Assembly (NCBI GenBank): GCA_002701375.1 | Contig: NZVB01000036.1 | Span: 87,705-151,704 of the forward strand | Length of the DNA stretch: 64,000 bases | Direction: 5' to 3' | Source: Cyanobium sp. NAT70 | GTDB lineage: Bacteria > Cyanobacteriota > Cyanobacteriia > PCC-6307 > Cyanobiaceae | Part shown: positions 31,557-42,982 of the stretch, piece after piece | Layout: each line of letters opens with the position of its first letter | How positions within the stretch are numbered: the first letter of the stretch is position 1 | Made by a program: the position numbers and the translations under genes | The notes under the pieces: model-generated | What the model was told of the DNA's origin: nothing | The model's database searches: none | Seen by the model: the letters and a program-made list of their open reading frames with translations, nothing else

Positions 31557-31794
31557 GCTCAATCTCGAACATGCTTCTCAGGAATATCCTGATAAGGCTG
31601 TGGTCCGATCGGTGGAGGCTGCAGGTGACGATCATGAAAAGAGCCCAAGGCATGCTCCATGGCCTCACCAAGCCAATGGAACCAGTGAAGAACCGTTGCT
31701 TTCATCAGCGCCTCAAGGAACTGATTTCATTGTGATAACCATGAAACTCACAGGCAACAGGTGTTTTAACCGGTTTTCTATGCCCTTCCAGCCG

Positions 31795-32607
31795 TCATTC
31801 GTCCCATTCGTCCCAATCCCAGCCCTGATTATCCGAAGAATCAGCCACAGCGTCATAAGAGCTTGTGCGATCAACTTGAGCAGATGAAGGCTTGCGCAAC
31901 AGCAACGTGCTTGATCTTGTTTTGGTCGAATTGCTAGCTGGCAATAAGTCTGATTTCGGGGTATCGATCACCGGCACAGGAGACTCTTCTGCTGAGGGAG
32001 ATTCACTTTCAACCACCGAAGAATCACGATAGATGTAAATATGGCCCAACTGTTTCTTGCCATAAGCACGTCGCATCAACTTCCAACCAGGTTCAAAATT
32101 AAATTGAACAAATCCACTTCCACTTCCGCCTGAGCGAGCCACAACAAAGCTTGGTCTCGATTGATTCCTCGTTGGTGCTGCAAGCAGCTCAATATCACTA
32201 GCCGTTTTTACAACGGACAAGCGATAACGCGTACCAAGATCATCTCCGCCGATACGCAAAGAGTAACCATTACCATCGATATAACGATTGCAAATTCCCG
32301 TAAAATCGAATGTTGACAAAAGAGGGTCAACAATCGCAGGAGAATTACCACTTACTGCATAACAAGGTCGTTTGCTGCTGCGCTGTTCGTAAATGTTGAG
32401 CTGCGAGCGTTCTCCATTACCAATCGGAGCGGAAACGAGAATGAAATTGGCCTCATCCACTGGCACTGCAGTAAACAATGACCCCTGAGCCAGTGCCGCT
32501 GGCGATCCGGCCATCGCGCTGATGACCGTCAGGCCGGCAGCGGCTGGAAGGAAACGTGGGAACACAGTTGAGGACTGAACTGCACGGATCGTAAAAGTCA
32601 TATCCAT
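31795..32607 (-). CDS. Secreted cyanobacterial protein (DUF3747-like)
   Basis: Signal peptide; VDPLL.TFDFTGICNRYIDGNGYSLR and LGHIY motifs. Confidence 0.75.
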   Translation of the reverse strand: MDMTFTIRAVQSSTVFPRFLPAAAGLTVISAMAGSPAALAQGSLFTAVPVDEANFILVSAPIGNGERSQLNIYEQRSSKRPCYAVSGNSPAIVDPLLSTFDFTGICNRYIDGNGYSLRIGGDDLGTRYRLSVVKTASDIELLAAPTRNQSRPSFVVARSGGSGSGFVQFNFEPGWKLMRRAYGKKQLGHIYIYRDSSVVESESPSAEESPVPVIDTPKSDLLPASNSTKTRSSTLLLRKPSSAQVDRTSSYDAVADSSDNQGWDWDEWDE

Positions 32608-32622
32608 CTAAAACATGTCTGA

Positions 32623-32820
32623 TCAGGCCGGTTTGTTAAGGCGAATCGCTACAAGAAGTGTCCCGACGGTGCCAGGTGCAGCAAGAGCAAGAATCCAGCT
32701 CGTCGTCGTGACGCCTAGATCGGGATCGCCATAAGCGAGCTCAAACACACAACCGGTGCTGGCAATCCCTAGGACGCAGGCAAGTGCCAAGAACAAACCG
32801 GCCAGTGGTTTCATCGGCAT
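32623..32820 (-). CDS. Small two-TM membrane protein
   Basis: 65 aa with VFELAYGDPDLG between two TM helices, 4 nt downstream of def. Confidence 0.75.
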   Translation of the reverse strand: MPMKPLAGLFLALACVLGIASTGCVFELAYGDPDLGVTTTSWILALAAPGTVGTLLVAIRLNKPA

Positions 32821-32824
32821 CGGA

Positions 32825-33430
32825 TCAAGACACAGACTGAACGTATTGAGGCTGATAACCGTGCTCCTTCAACTCCTTCTGAAGTCCGGCTTCATCGGTA
32901 ACACGATCAACAAAGAGCACTCCTTTGAGATGATCCATTTCGTGCTGAATGCAGCGAGCCATCAACCCGTCAGCCTTCATCTTCTTGGGACGCCCCATCT
33001 CATCTCGATAGCTGAGCTCAATCGCTGAGGGGCGAATGACGTCGAGGTAAACGCCTGGAATACTCAAACAACCCTCTTCATAGGTCTCTAATCCTGCGCT
33101 TGCCAGCGTGATCTCTGGATTGATCAGAACGAGTGGTGGTGTTGTGGAATTTTCGAGGTCGAGATCGATCACCAACAACTGCTGATGAACACCAACTTGA
33201 GGAGCAGCAAGACCAATCCCCTTTGCGGTATACATGCTTCGCAGCATGTCACGAGCCAGATCTCTCACCTGTTCATTCACCTTGCCAATCCTGCGCGCCG
33301 GCTGCCGCAAGACATCGTCTCCAAGGGTGCGAATGTCAAGTGGAGACGTCTCTAAAGGCTCCTTCGGCACAAGCATGATGTCCCTGGCCTTGTCGGCCGC
33401 ACGAGCCAGCTGAGCAAAGCTTCCAGCCAA
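32825..33430 (-). CDS. def: Peptide deformylase
   Basis: GIGLAAPQVG, EGCLS and QHEMDHL; start placed at TTG 33430. Confidence 0.96.
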   Translation of the reverse strand: MAGSFAQLARAADKARDIMLVPKEPLETSPLDIRTLGDDVLRQPARRIGKVNEQVRDLARDMLRSMYTAKGIGLAAPQVGVHQQLLVIDLDLENSTTPPLVLINPEITLASAGLETYEEGCLSIPGVYLDVIRPSAIELSYRDEMGRPKKMKADGLMARCIQHEMDHLKGVLFVDRVTDEAGLQKELKEHGYQPQYVQSVS

Positions 33431-33489
33431 GAGACACCAAAACAAGAGACAGCCATGTTAAGCGGCTTTGCCACAACTCTCGCGTTGCT

Positions 33490-35415
33490 GTGATAGCCCA
33501 ACATCCGCTCGCTAGTCAGCTCGCCGTCGGCAAACATCCCGGCCTGAAGGAACCTCGACTGCTTGCAGGACTCGATGGTCAGAACTGGGTGGTTTGGCTC
33601 GAGCAACGCCCCCAAGAGAACGGCCGAACCACGGCACTGATTCGTCGTTTTGATAGTCCTGCAGACACGACAGAGGAGCTGACGTCAGCACCAAACAATC
33701 TGCGCAGTCGTGTGCACGATTACGGCGGTGGTGTTTTGGCGACGGCGGTTCTTGGGGACCGATTAATCCTGGTTTGGGTCGAGGACGGGGATCACTGCCT
33801 CTGGCGACAGGATTGGTGGTTGCCCCATGCCTCGAACGACACCCCGACAGCCCTGCATCAACCACTGCGGCTCACAGCACCTGGCCCAGGTCACCTGGCC
33901 GATGGGCTGTTAGATCCAAAACGGCATCGCTGGATCGGAGTACGCGAGATCGATGGTCGCGATCAGCTGGTGAGCACAGGTCTAGATGGCCTGGATCAGC
34001 AGCCCACCGTTCTGCACCAACCCTCAGACTTCTGCGGTTATGCCTGCCTGAGTCCGGACGGGGATCAACTGGCCTGGGTGGAATGGCAACAGCCAGCGAT
34101 GCCCTGGGATTCCAGCCAGTTGTGGTGGGCTCCAATCACGCCGGACGGCAGCTTGGGGAGCACACGTCAGCTGGCCGGTGGTCGCGGCATCTCAGTGTTC
34201 CAGCCCCAGTGGCTGCCATCGGGTGACTTGATGGTTGCGGAAGACAGCAGCGGCTGGTGGAACCTCATGATCGGGACTCCCTCCGCAAATCCCGACACTT
34301 CTGCCTGGCGTCACCCTTGGCCAATGCAGGCGGAAACCGCCATGCCCCAATGGATCTACGGGATGAGCACCAGCGCATGGGATGGCGAACGGGTGCTGGC
34401 CGCCGTGTGCCAAGAGGGCTGCTGGCGCCTTGATCGTTTGGGATTGGATGGCAGCGTCGAGACGCTGAGCCAACCATTCGACGATTTGGCTGGGCTCAGC
34501 GCCCTGAATGGTGAAGCGATCGTCGTGGCCAGTAACAGCACCACCGCGGCAGGGCTGCTTGAGCTGAAGCTCAACTCGGCCATGCCATCCAGCTGGTGCC
34601 ATCAAACCGCCAGACCTGCCGTGTTGTCAGAAGACGCGATCAGCGTGGCGAAACCCCTTTGGTTCTCCGGTCATGCTGGGCGACCAACCCATGCCTGGTA
34701 TTACCCACCAAGCCATGGCCGCTCTGACGCAGCTCCCTTGCTGGTTAAAAGTCACAGCGGACCGACCGCGATGGCCCGTCGCGGCCTCAACCTCTCGATC
34801 CAGTACTGGACATCACGAGGCTGGGGGGTCGTGGATGTGAACTACGGAGGATCAACAGGATTCGGCAGGGCTTATCGAGAGCGATTGCAAGGTGGCTGGG
34901 GGGTGGTGGACGTCGAGGACTGCGCCGCGGCAGCCCGTGCTCTGATCGATGCCGGACAAGCCCATCCGGAGCAAATCGCGATCGAAGGAGGAAGCGCCGG
35001 AGGCTTCACAACTCTGGCCTGCCTTTGTTTTACCGATGTGTTCCGCGTCGGAGCCTGCCGTTACGCGGTCTGCGATCTCATGGCGATGGCGACAGAGACA
35101 CACCGGTTCGAAGCCCGCTATCTCGATGGCCTCGTCGGTCGATGGCCGGAGGAACGGTCTCGCTATGAAGCGCGGTCACCACTGCTTCATGCCGAAAAAA
35201 TCAGCTGCCCAGTGCTCTTTTTCCAAGGCATGAAAGATCGTGTGGTCCCACCAGAGCAGACGGAACGGATGGCCTCAGCCCTGCGATCCAATGCCTTGCC
35301 TGTGGAGGTGTGCCTGTTTGAAGAGGAAGGCCATGGATTTCGCAGTAGCGAGGTACAGATCCAAGTGCTGGAACAAACAGAAGCGTTTTTCCGACATCAT
35401 CTCGGGCTGGCTTGA
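33490..35415 (+). CDS. S9 family (prolyl oligopeptidase-like) peptidase
   Basis: RSRVHDYGGG, DVNYGGSTGFGR, GGSAGG, DRVV and EGHGF. Confidence 0.92.
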   Translation: MIAQHPLASQLAVGKHPGLKEPRLLAGLDGQNWVVWLEQRPQENGRTTALIRRFDSPADTTEELTSAPNNLRSRVHDYGGGVLATAVLGDRLILVWVEDGDHCLWRQDWWLPHASNDTPTALHQPLRLTAPGPGHLADGLLDPKRHRWIGVREIDGRDQLVSTGLDGLDQQPTVLHQPSDFCGYACLSPDGDQLAWVEWQQPAMPWDSSQLWWAPITPDGSLGSTRQLAGGRGISVFQPQWLPSGDLMVAEDSSGWWNLMIGTPSANPDTSAWRHPWPMQAETAMPQWIYGMSTSAWDGERVLAAVCQEGCWRLDRLGLDGSVETLSQPFDDLAGLSALNGEAIVVASNSTTAAGLLELKLNSAMPSSWCHQTARPAVLSEDAISVAKPLWFSGHAGRPTHAWYYPPSHGRSDAAPLLVKSHSGPTAMARRGLNLSIQYWTSRGWGVVDVNYGGSTGFGRAYRERLQGGWGVVDVEDCAAAARALIDAGQAHPEQIAIEGGSAGGFTTLACLCFTDVFRVGACRYAVCDLMAMATETHRFEARYLDGLVGRWPEERSRYEARSPLLHAEKISCPVLFFQGMKDRVVPPEQTERMASALRSNALPVEVCLFEEEGHGFRSSEVQIQVLEQTEAFFRHHLGLA

Positions 35416-35459
35416 TCAGACCGAGCTAAAACCAGCCTTGGGAGATCAAGAGCAAAACA

Positions 35460-36875
35460 ATGAAGCTGTTTGACGTCTTAGTGGCTTTTACAGCTTTAAG
35501 CCTCTTGGTCCTCGTCGGCATGGCTCTGCGACAACGGGTGCGTTGGCTGCGACAACTCGGAATTCCCGAAGCGCTCCTGGCCGGCCTGATCGGACTTCTG
35601 ATCGGTCCATTTGGACCATGGCAACTTTTTCCAGATGACGTTTACAAGGTTTGGAGTCAAACGCCAGGTGTGCTGATTTCCTTGGTGTTCGCCACCCTAT
35701 TTATCGGGCAACGCCTACCAGGGCCAGGCTTGATCTGGCAACGGGCGGCAGGACAGACCGCTTTTGGATTGGTGCTGGGCCTGGGGCAATACCTGGTTGG
35801 CAGCCTGATGGTTCTGATCGTGTTGCAACCCCTGTTCGGCACCAATCCCTTGATGGCTTGTCTGATTGAAGTGGGCTTTGAGGGCGGTCATGGCACGGCT
35901 GCCGGCATGGGCGCAACGTTCTCAGACCTTGGCCTGCCATCCGGGGAGGCTCTTGGTCTGGCCATGGCCACCGTTGGAGTTCTGGCTGCAGTGGTCATCG
36001 GCAGCACGCTGGTGGTGATCGGACGTGGCCAGCGATGGCTCGCACAAAAAGAACGACTTCGCCAAGGCTCAGACGGCCCGGCCCAACGGCTGCAACGGAT
36101 GGCAGAACAAGATCCCTTTTCGGCTGAGGAACGCCTCGCGATCGAACAAGCTGCTGGCACTAGCGATCAAGACGCCAATAGGTCCATGACCATCGACGCC
36201 CTGACGGTGAACGTGGCGCTGGCCGGTGGCGCAGTCGGCCTTGGCATTTTGATGAAAGCAGGCCTCACGGCTTTAGGGAACAGTCTTGGTGGACCAGAGA
36301 CAGCTCGGCTCCTCGATGCCATTCCGGTTTTTCCGCTAGCGATGGTCGGAGGTTTGCTGGTTCAGTTGTCTCTGCAATGGAGTCAGCAAACCAACCTGGT
36401 GTCAGCGGTAGCGCAGGCCAGCATTGGCTCACTCGCCATGGACCTACTGATCACCGCAGCAATGGCCAGTTTGAACTTGCCTCTGTTGGAAGAGAACTGG
36501 CTGCCGTTTACCGCTCTTGCACTCGTAGGGCTGGTTTGGAACGTGAGCGCATTTTTGCTTGTGGCACCCAAAATCTTCCGCGACCACTGGTTTGAACGCG
36601 CCATTGCGGACTTTGGCCAAGGCACGGGGGTCACGGCAACGGGCTTGCTGCTACTGCGCATGGCTGACCCACTTGGCCGCAGTCGAGCCATGGAAGGCTT
36701 CTCGTTTAAGCAACTGGTGTTCGAGCCGTTTCTGGGAGGCGGACTGATTACCGCTCTGGCACCGCTGGCGCTCATGAGCTGGGGGCTTCCCATGTTCAGT
36801 GGTGTGGCCTTGGCACTGACGCTCTCAGCGATCGGATTCGGTCTTCTGCTGGGCCGCAAAATTCAGCCCAGCTAA
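35460..36875 (+). CDS. gltS: Sodium/glutamate symporter family
   Basis: GFEGGHGTAA and FGQGTGVTATGL re-entrant motifs, many TM helices. Confidence 0.85.
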   Translation: MKLFDVLVAFTALSLLVLVGMALRQRVRWLRQLGIPEALLAGLIGLLIGPFGPWQLFPDDVYKVWSQTPGVLISLVFATLFIGQRLPGPGLIWQRAAGQTAFGLVLGLGQYLVGSLMVLIVLQPLFGTNPLMACLIEVGFEGGHGTAAGMGATFSDLGLPSGEALGLAMATVGVLAAVVIGSTLVVIGRGQRWLAQKERLRQGSDGPAQRLQRMAEQDPFSAEERLAIEQAAGTSDQDANRSMTIDALTVNVALAGGAVGLGILMKAGLTALGNSLGGPETARLLDAIPVFPLAMVGGLLVQLSLQWSQQTNLVSAVAQASIGSLAMDLLITAAMASLNLPLLEENWLPFTALALVGLVWNVSAFLLVAPKIFRDHWFERAIADFGQGTGVTATGLLLLRMADPLGRSRAMEGFSFKQLVFEPFLGGGLITALAPLALMSWGLPMFSGVALALTLSAIGFGLLLGRKIQPS

Positions 36876-36905
36876 CCCGACAACTCCATGGCGCCGTTAC
36901 CTCAA

Positions 36906-38192
36906 TCAACTATGGGCCCGCAGAAACGTCACCGTGGAGGAAAGCTCCTCAACAAATCCGTCAATTTCTTCAAACGTGGAGATAAACCCAAGGCTGGCCC
37001 GAGCCGATGCCGTCACGCCATAAAGCCGATGTAAGGGCTGACAGCAATGGTGACCGCTCCGAATACAAATTCCAGATGCATCCATTAAGGCGGCGATGTC
37101 ATTGGCATGAACACCATCGACGAGGAAGGTCGCTAAGGCGCCCCGATCCGGTTGTTGCTCTGGGGTTGGTCCCAGAATCCGCAAGCCTTCGATCACCTGA
37201 AGGCGATCAAAGAGGTAATGAGTGAGTTGTGATTCCCACGCCTGAATCGCATTCAAATCGACACTTTGTAGATAGTTCAAAGCAGCTCCCATCCCAATCG
37301 CTTCACCAATTGCAGGCGTTCCGGCCTCAAATTTGTGAGGTAGTTCAGCCCATGTGCTGTGATCCAAAAAAACATTTTCGATCATTTCGCCACCGCCGAG
37401 AAAAGGTGGCATGTCTTCCAGCAACCTTTGCCGGCCCCATAAAAAACCGATGCCTGTTGGGCCGCACAGCTTGTGGGACGAACCAACCAGAAAATCAGCA
37501 TCGAGACCAGCAACATCAACCGACTGATGCGCCAAGCTCTGACAAGCATCAACCAAAACCAACGCACCCACTGAGTGAGCGGCGGGGATCAACTGTTCGA
37601 GGGGGTTACAACAACCCAAGGTATTACTGATGTGAACCAGACTGAATAAACGCGTGCGATCGGAGAGTTTGGCGTGGAAATCATCCAGATCCAGTTCACC
37701 TGTTTCGGTAATTCCAACGTGTCGTAAAACACAACCGGTGCGTTGAGATAACAACTGCCAAGGCACCAGATTGCTGTGATGCTCCATCACTGTCAATAGA
37801 ACCTCGTCGCCTTCGTGCAAGTTGGCGTCCCCCCAAGTTCTGGCCACCAAATTGATCGCTTCACTGGCGTTGCGCGTGAACACGATTTCGCGGGCGCTTT
37901 GGGCACGAATGAAGCGAGCCGTGATCGTGCGAGCCATTTCAAACGCTTCAGTGGCCCGCACGCTCAACTGATGAGCACCGCGATGAACATTGGCGTTATC
38001 GCAGGCGTAGTAATGGTGCAAAGCGTCCAACACCGCATTGGGCTTCTGACTGGTCGCTGCATGATCGAGATAAATCAGTGGGCGATCATCAGCAGATCGT
38101 TGCTCAAGAATTGGAAAATCAGAACGATATTGAGAGGCAAGCGATCCAAGATCACGACCAATTTGAGGCAAGCCAGTTGTTGTACGCATCAT
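36906..38192 (-). CDS. sufS: Cysteine desulfurase
   Basis: YLDHAATSQKP, EHHSNLVPW, SSHKLCGP and RSGHHC; ATGA overlap with the sufD stop. Confidence 0.96.
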   Translation of the reverse strand: MMRTTTGLPQIGRDLGSLASQYRSDFPILEQRSADDRPLIYLDHAATSQKPNAVLDALHHYYACDNANVHRGAHQLSVRATEAFEMARTITARFIRAQSAREIVFTRNASEAINLVARTWGDANLHEGDEVLLTVMEHHSNLVPWQLLSQRTGCVLRHVGITETGELDLDDFHAKLSDRTRLFSLVHISNTLGCCNPLEQLIPAAHSVGALVLVDACQSLAHQSVDVAGLDADFLVGSSHKLCGPTGIGFLWGRQRLLEDMPPFLGGGEMIENVFLDHSTWAELPHKFEAGTPAIGEAIGMGAALNYLQSVDLNAIQAWESQLTHYLFDRLQVIEGLRILGPTPEQQPDRGALATFLVDGVHANDIAALMDASGICIRSGHHCCQPLHRLYGVTASARASLGFISTFEEIDGFVEELSSTVTFLRAHS

Positions 38193-39382
38193 CTGCTCAA
38201 CCCCTGCATCACACGATTGAGTGGCTGCCAACGATCAGCTAACCCTGGCAGTTGATTGATGACATCCAAACAAGCTCCACGCAACAGCAAGGCAGCCGCG
38301 TCGGTTGCGGAAATGCCACGACTGCGGAGATAAAAGAGTTCGTCTTCCTGCAGCTGACTCACCGTTGCACCATGGGCGCAACGAACATCATCGGCCACGA
38401 TTTCTAGTTCAGGCTTGGTGTCCACCCGAGCCCGCTCAGATAGCAGCAAGTTTCGGCTGAGCTGAGCAGCATTGGTGCGCTGCGCCTGACGTGGAACCTG
38501 AATCGCGCCATTGAAAATCACATGGGAGCGACCAGCAGCGAGACATTTCTGCATCTGATCCAGCTCCCCCTCAGGTCCGTCAAAGCGGACGGAGCTATGC
38601 GTCGCCAACTGCTGCTCCCCATCCGTGACGGCCAAGCCTTGAAGCTTGGTCAAGGCCTGGCCATCCACCTGCAGCACCCGCGGCTCAATCCGCCCCAAAG
38701 ACCATCCCTGCACCACCGACGTGAGTTGATAGGAACTGCGAGGTTCCTGCTCCACAGCAAGATGAGCCAGAAACGAGGCCTCACCATCCGCAGCGGCCAA
38801 CAATCCGTGACGCAACTGTGCTTCCTGGCCTAAATGGACCTCCAAGACATGGCTCTGGGCCGAAGCGCCCTCGGACAAACACACCTGTAGGAGCTCCAGC
38901 GTGGCCTTCTCCTCCACAAGCAGAAGCACACGTGTCGATGTGAGCCCGGCCCCACCTGCCATCACAAGCTCCAAAGGAGGTGCCTCACCACGCACCCGCA
39001 AAGCCAGCACGTGCTGGCTGGACGCATGATTCAATTCGACCGGCCAGGCCTCAGCGCAACCGCATCGATCCAGGGTGTGACCCAGGGCTTGCTGGAGCTC
39101 CGCTGTTGGCAATGGGCTTAGGCCATTGGGCAGGCTGACACCGTCAAGAGGATCATGAACACCGTCAAGCACTAAACGCAGTCCCGCATCTGGAGCCAAG
39201 GGCAAAGGGATGTCAGAAGGTGCTTTGGCCAGAGGCAATCGCGCCAGCGTCTCGAGCCGTTTCAAATTGGTCAGGCGCCAATCCTCTTGGCCCCGATTGG
39301 GCAGGCCAAGACGTTCCAACGCTTGGCGCCCTCTTTGCTGCACCGGAGCGAGTGGAGCCATGGTTGAACCCGTCATGGTCAA
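38189..39382 (-). CDS. sufD: Fe-S cluster assembly protein SufD
   Basis: [24 protein letters not shown] and LFYLRSRGI. Confidence 0.95.
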   Translation of the reverse strand: MTMTGSTMAPLAPVQQRGRQALERLGLPNRGQEDWRLTNLKRLETLARLPLAKAPSDIPLPLAPDAGLRLVLDGVHDPLDGVSLPNGLSPLPTAELQQALGHTLDRCGCAEAWPVELNHASSQHVLALRVRGEAPPLELVMAGGAGLTSTRVLLLVEEKATLELLQVCLSEGASAQSHVLEVHLGQEAQLRHGLLAAADGEASFLAHLAVEQEPRSSYQLTSVVQGWSLGRIEPRVLQVDGQALTKLQGLAVTDGEQQLATHSSVRFDGPEGELDQMQKCLAAGRSHVIFNGAIQVPRQAQRTNAAQLSRNLLLSERARVDTKPELEIVADDVRCAHGATVSQLQEDELFYLRSRGISATDAAALLLRGACLDVINQLPGLADRWQPLNRVMQGLSR

Positions 39383-40167
39383 GCCACCCCCTGAACAGCC
39401 AATTCTTGATCAACCCAGTCGTATCCGGTTTGCTCCAGCTCTTGTGCCAACTCGCGACCACCGGTGCGAAGAATGCGACCTGCCGCCATGACATGGACGA
39501 AATCCGGAGTGATCTCATCCAACAGTCGCTGGTAATGGGTAATTAAAACGGTGGCATTGTGATCACCAGCCAGCTGATTCACACCAGCTGCGACAACACG
39601 AAGCGCATCGATATCTAGCCCTGAATCCGTTTCATCAAGAATCGCCATCACAGGCTCAAGAAGAGCCATTTGAAGAATTTCATTGCGCTTTTTCTCACCA
39701 CCGGAAAAACCTTCATTAACGCTGCGCTCAAGGAAAGCAGGATCCATTTGGACCACTTTCAGGCGCTCCCGAACATGATCTTCAAACTCAAAGGTGTCCA
39801 ATTCCTCCTGCCCCTGAGCCACACGACGCGTATTGGTCGCCACGCGCAAGAACTCAAGATTGCTGACTCCTGGAATCTCCACCGGATATTGAAAACCGAG
39901 AAAAACTCCCAATCGAGCCCTCTGCTCAGGCTCAAGTTCAAGCAAGTCGTCCCCTCGATATCGCACAGAGCCACCAGTTACCCGATAGGCCGGATGCCCA
40001 GCCAGCACTTTGGACAGAGTGCTCTTGCCGCTGCCGTTGCGTCCCATCACGGCATGTACCTCACCGGCACGCACTTGCAGGTTCACACCTTTAAGGATCG
40101 GCTGATCCTCCACAGCGGCGTGTAGATCAGTGATATCAAGAAGCAGCTCAGCGTCGGGACGAATCAC
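39379..40167 (-). CDS. sufC: Fe-S cluster assembly ATPase SufC
   Basis: [28 protein letters not shown] and DETDSGLD. Confidence 0.97.
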   Translation of the reverse strand: MIRPDAELLLDITDLHAAVEDQPILKGVNLQVRAGEVHAVMGRNGSGKSTLSKVLAGHPAYRVTGGSVRYRGDDLLELEPEQRARLGVFLGFQYPVEIPGVSNLEFLRVATNTRRVAQGQEELDTFEFEDHVRERLKVVQMDPAFLERSVNEGFSGGEKKRNEILQMALLEPVMAILDETDSGLDIDALRVVAAGVNQLAGDHNATVLITHYQRLLDEITPDFVHVMAAGRILRTGGRELAQELEQTGYDWVDQELAVQGVA

Positions 40168-40210
40168 GTCAGGGAAAGGAGAGGGGTTCGGAACGGGAAT
40201 AAAGAGGGGA

Positions 40211-41650
40211 TCAGCCGACGGATCCCTCGAGCTTGAGCGCTAGCAATTTGTCAGCTTCAGCAGCAAACTCCATGGGCAACTGATTAAACACGTCTCGACA
40301 AAAACCACTCACCATCATCGAAACCGCTTCTTCGAAACCGATTCCACGGCTTTGCAAATAAAACAACTGATCTTCAGATATTCGGCAGGTACTGGCCTCA
40401 TGCTCGATCGCTGCCTGCGGCTGTTGAGATCGGATATAGGGGTATGTATTGGCCGCCGCCTGATCACCAATCAACATCGAGTCACACTGACTGTAATTTC
40501 GCGCACCCTTTGCCAAAGATCCCATTTGAACCAATCCCCGATAACTATTACTGGAAGAGCCAGCACTGATGCCCTTACTCACAATCGTGGAACGAGTTCG
40601 CGGGCCCAGATGGACCATCTTTGTGCCGGTGTCCGCCTGCTGGCGATTGTTAGTGAGAGCAACGGAATAAAACTCACCAACGGAATCAGCCCCCTGCAAA
40701 ACACAACTGGGATATTTCCAAGTAATCGCTGAACCAGTTTCCACTTGAGTCCAACTAATGCGACTACGCGCCCCACGACATTGGCCGCGCTTTGTCACAA
40801 AGTTATAAATGCCACCTTTACCATTTTCGTCACCGGCATACCAATTCTGAACAGTGGAGTATTTAATCGAGGCATCATCTAACGCCACCAATTCAACAAC
40901 CGCAGCATGCAATTGATTGGTGTCAAACATCGGCGCCGTGCATCCCTCTAGATAGCTCACCGAAGCCCCTTCCTCCGCCACGATCAAAGTGCGTTCGAAT
41001 TGACCAGTATCACCTGAGTTAATCCGAAAGTAAGTAGACAATTCCATCGGGCATTCCACGCCCTTAGGGATATAAACAAAAGAACCATCACTGAACACAG
41101 CTGAATTCAGAGCAGCAAAGTAATTATCACCGCTAGGAACAACTGATCCGAGATACCGTTCAATCAGATCAGGGTGTTCCTGAACAGCCTCAGTAAAAGA
41201 GCAAAATACAACGCCATGTTCGGCCAACTTCTCTTTGTAGGTCGTAGCAATCGAAACGCTGTCAAACACCGCATCAACCGCAACATTGCTTAAACGCTTT
41301 TGCTCACTCAGAGGAATGCCAAGCTTGTCAAAAGTTTCTAAAAGTTTTGGATCTACCTCATCAAGGCTTGCCTTTTTCTCCTGCTGTTTAGGGGCGGCGT
41401 AATAAACAATATCTTGATAATCGATTCGCGGGTATCCCAAAGCGGCCCAATCAGGCTCGCTCAACGTCAACCAATGACGAAAAGCCCTCAAGCGAAAGTC
41501 AAGCAAGAATTCGGGCTCACCCTTTTTGGTGGAGATCAGCCGAACAACGTCTTCACTTAGGCCCTTCGCAATTTTTTCAGTCTCAATCTCCGTGACAAAA
41601 CCATACTTATAAGGCTGACTGACAAGATCTCGTGTGGAGCTACTAGTCAT
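40211..41650 (-). CDS. sufB: Fe-S cluster assembly protein SufB
   Basis: [26 protein letters not shown] and LEGSVG end. Confidence 0.98.
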   Translation of the reverse strand: MTSSSTRDLVSQPYKYGFVTEIETEKIAKGLSEDVVRLISTKKGEPEFLLDFRLRAFRHWLTLSEPDWAALGYPRIDYQDIVYYAAPKQQEKKASLDEVDPKLLETFDKLGIPLSEQKRLSNVAVDAVFDSVSIATTYKEKLAEHGVVFCSFTEAVQEHPDLIERYLGSVVPSGDNYFAALNSAVFSDGSFVYIPKGVECPMELSTYFRINSGDTGQFERTLIVAEEGASVSYLEGCTAPMFDTNQLHAAVVELVALDDASIKYSTVQNWYAGDENGKGGIYNFVTKRGQCRGARSRISWTQVETGSAITWKYPSCVLQGADSVGEFYSVALTNNRQQADTGTKMVHLGPRTRSTIVSKGISAGSSSNSYRGLVQMGSLAKGARNYSQCDSMLIGDQAAANTYPYIRSQQPQAAIEHEASTCRISEDQLFYLQSRGIGFEEAVSMMVSGFCRDVFNQLPMEFAAEADKLLALKLEGSVG

Positions 41651-41655
41651 TCCGA

Positions 41656-42012
41656 TTACCCGGCTGTGGCCTGAATCGTTTCTGTACTAATCGTCTGCGT
41701 TTTATTCGGACAAGCAAAAGGGTTGTCCTCTGTCAAAAACAACATGCAGTGGCAGTCCTTACGTTCACGCATGGGCACACAGGGACAATTCCAAAACGCC
41801 TGAGAGACCTCAGCCTGTTTGTCTTCGTAGTGACGGCAAGGACAAAGAGCACCACCCAATTCATCCTTGTGGCGAGCTAATCCTTTGAGCACAACAGCCG
41901 TGACGCTGGACTCACTGCAGAAGTAGGTACCAGTGCGCTTGGCGTAGGTCTCAGCAAACTTACGAATCACCTCCAGGCTTTCAGCGGTGGGTTCGGGCGT
42001 GGCATCAGACAT
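41656..42012 (-). CDS. ftrC: Ferredoxin-thioredoxin reductase catalytic subunit
   Basis: CPCRH, WNCPC and CHC motifs. Confidence 0.95.
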   Translation of the reverse strand: MSDATPEPTAESLEVIRKFAETYAKRTGTYFCSESSVTAVVLKGLARHKDELGGALCPCRHYEDKQAEVSQAFWNCPCVPMRERKDCHCMLFLTEDNPFACPNKTQTISTETIQATAG

Positions 42013-42031
42013 GCAAGCTGTGACGGGTTAC

Positions 42032-42047
42032 GAAACACTGTGGTTTC
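42032..42047. promoter_or_regulatory. Putative SufR operator
   Basis: Perfect inverted repeat GAAAC-actgtg-GTTTC about 20 bp upstream of ftrC-sufBCDS; same N6 spacing as the Synechocystis SufR box CAAC-N6-GTTG. Confidence 0.5.
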
Positions 42048-42331
42048 CTTACGAAAAGCCTAGATCAACAGGTTGTGCTTGCGGGCGCTGCGCGGGATCG
42101 ATCTGAACAAGTCGGCCTATGCACATTGAATCTCCAGCACAGCCTGACAACGGCACCAAGCATCACGGCCTAGATGGACTGTTGAGCGACATCCATGCAT
42201 CCATGGTTCACAGCAGCAACTCTGCATGGCGAGATTCCATTTGGCTTGACCTTGCAGGGTGAATCCTCAAGCAGAAGCGGACGTTCGCCCGAGCCCTTTC
42301 GATGGCATGGTGTGTGCAATGTGTGCATTCG

Positions 42332-42982
42332 ATGAGCGCACCGGTTCCGACCAGCACCCGTCAGACCATTCTCACCCTGCTGTTGCGACAGGGTGAGCAA
42401 GAGGCTTGCGATCTGGCCGAAACCCTTGAAATTTCAGTGCAGGCGATGCGACGGCATCTGCGCAGCCTCGCCGATGAAGAGCTGGTGGAATCATCGTCCA
42501 CTGCCACAGGTCCAGGCCGACCGAGCAACCGCTGGAGACTGACTCACAAAGGACGTCAGCACTTCCCTGATGGCAGCGGCCATTTCGCCCTTGGATTGCT
42601 GGACTCCATGCGGGCCTTTCTCCCTCCAGAAACACTGACCAGCCTGCTCAATCAGCAGGCCATCGACAAAGCGGAGCTGTACAGGAGTCACCTGGGTGAC
42701 GTGCCTTTGTCCCAGCGCGTCGAACGATTAGCGAATCTGCGCAGGGATGAGGGGTACGTCAGCGAGTGTCTCCCAGATGAAGATGGCAACAGCTGGAGAC
42801 TTCATGAAATGCACTGCTCTGTGCAACGCATTGCAGAGGAATTCCCAGCGGTTTGCGACCAAGAGCTTCTGCTCATCCGTCGCACCTTTCCAGATTGCAG
42901 TGTTGAACGGGTGAACTGGCGTCTAGAAGGGGGTCATGCCTGCGGCTTCCGGATCACTCCCTCTCCAGCTGCTGCATCTTGA
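42332..42982 (+). CDS. sufR: Fe-S biogenesis transcriptional regulator SufR
   Basis: HTH (ISVQAMRRHL), GPGRP, LRRDEGY, HCSV, VCDQE and GHACGF; divergent from the suf operon. Confidence 0.95.
   Translation: MSAPVPTSTRQTILTLLLRQGEQEACDLAETLEISVQAMRRHLRSLADEELVESSSTATGPGRPSNRWRLTHKGRQHFPDGSGHFALGLLDSMRAFLPPETLTSLLNQQAIDKAELYRSHLGDVPLSQRVERLANLRRDEGYVSECLPDEDGNSWRLHEMHCSVQRIAEEFPAVCDQELLLIRRTFPDCSVERVNWRLEGGHACGFRITPSPAAAS

Noticed and set aside
42118-42201. Short Cys-rich minus-strand ORF (MHGCRSTVHLGRDAWCRCQAVLEIQCA) between ftrC and sufR
   Set aside because: 27 codons in a divergent promoter region with no independent support
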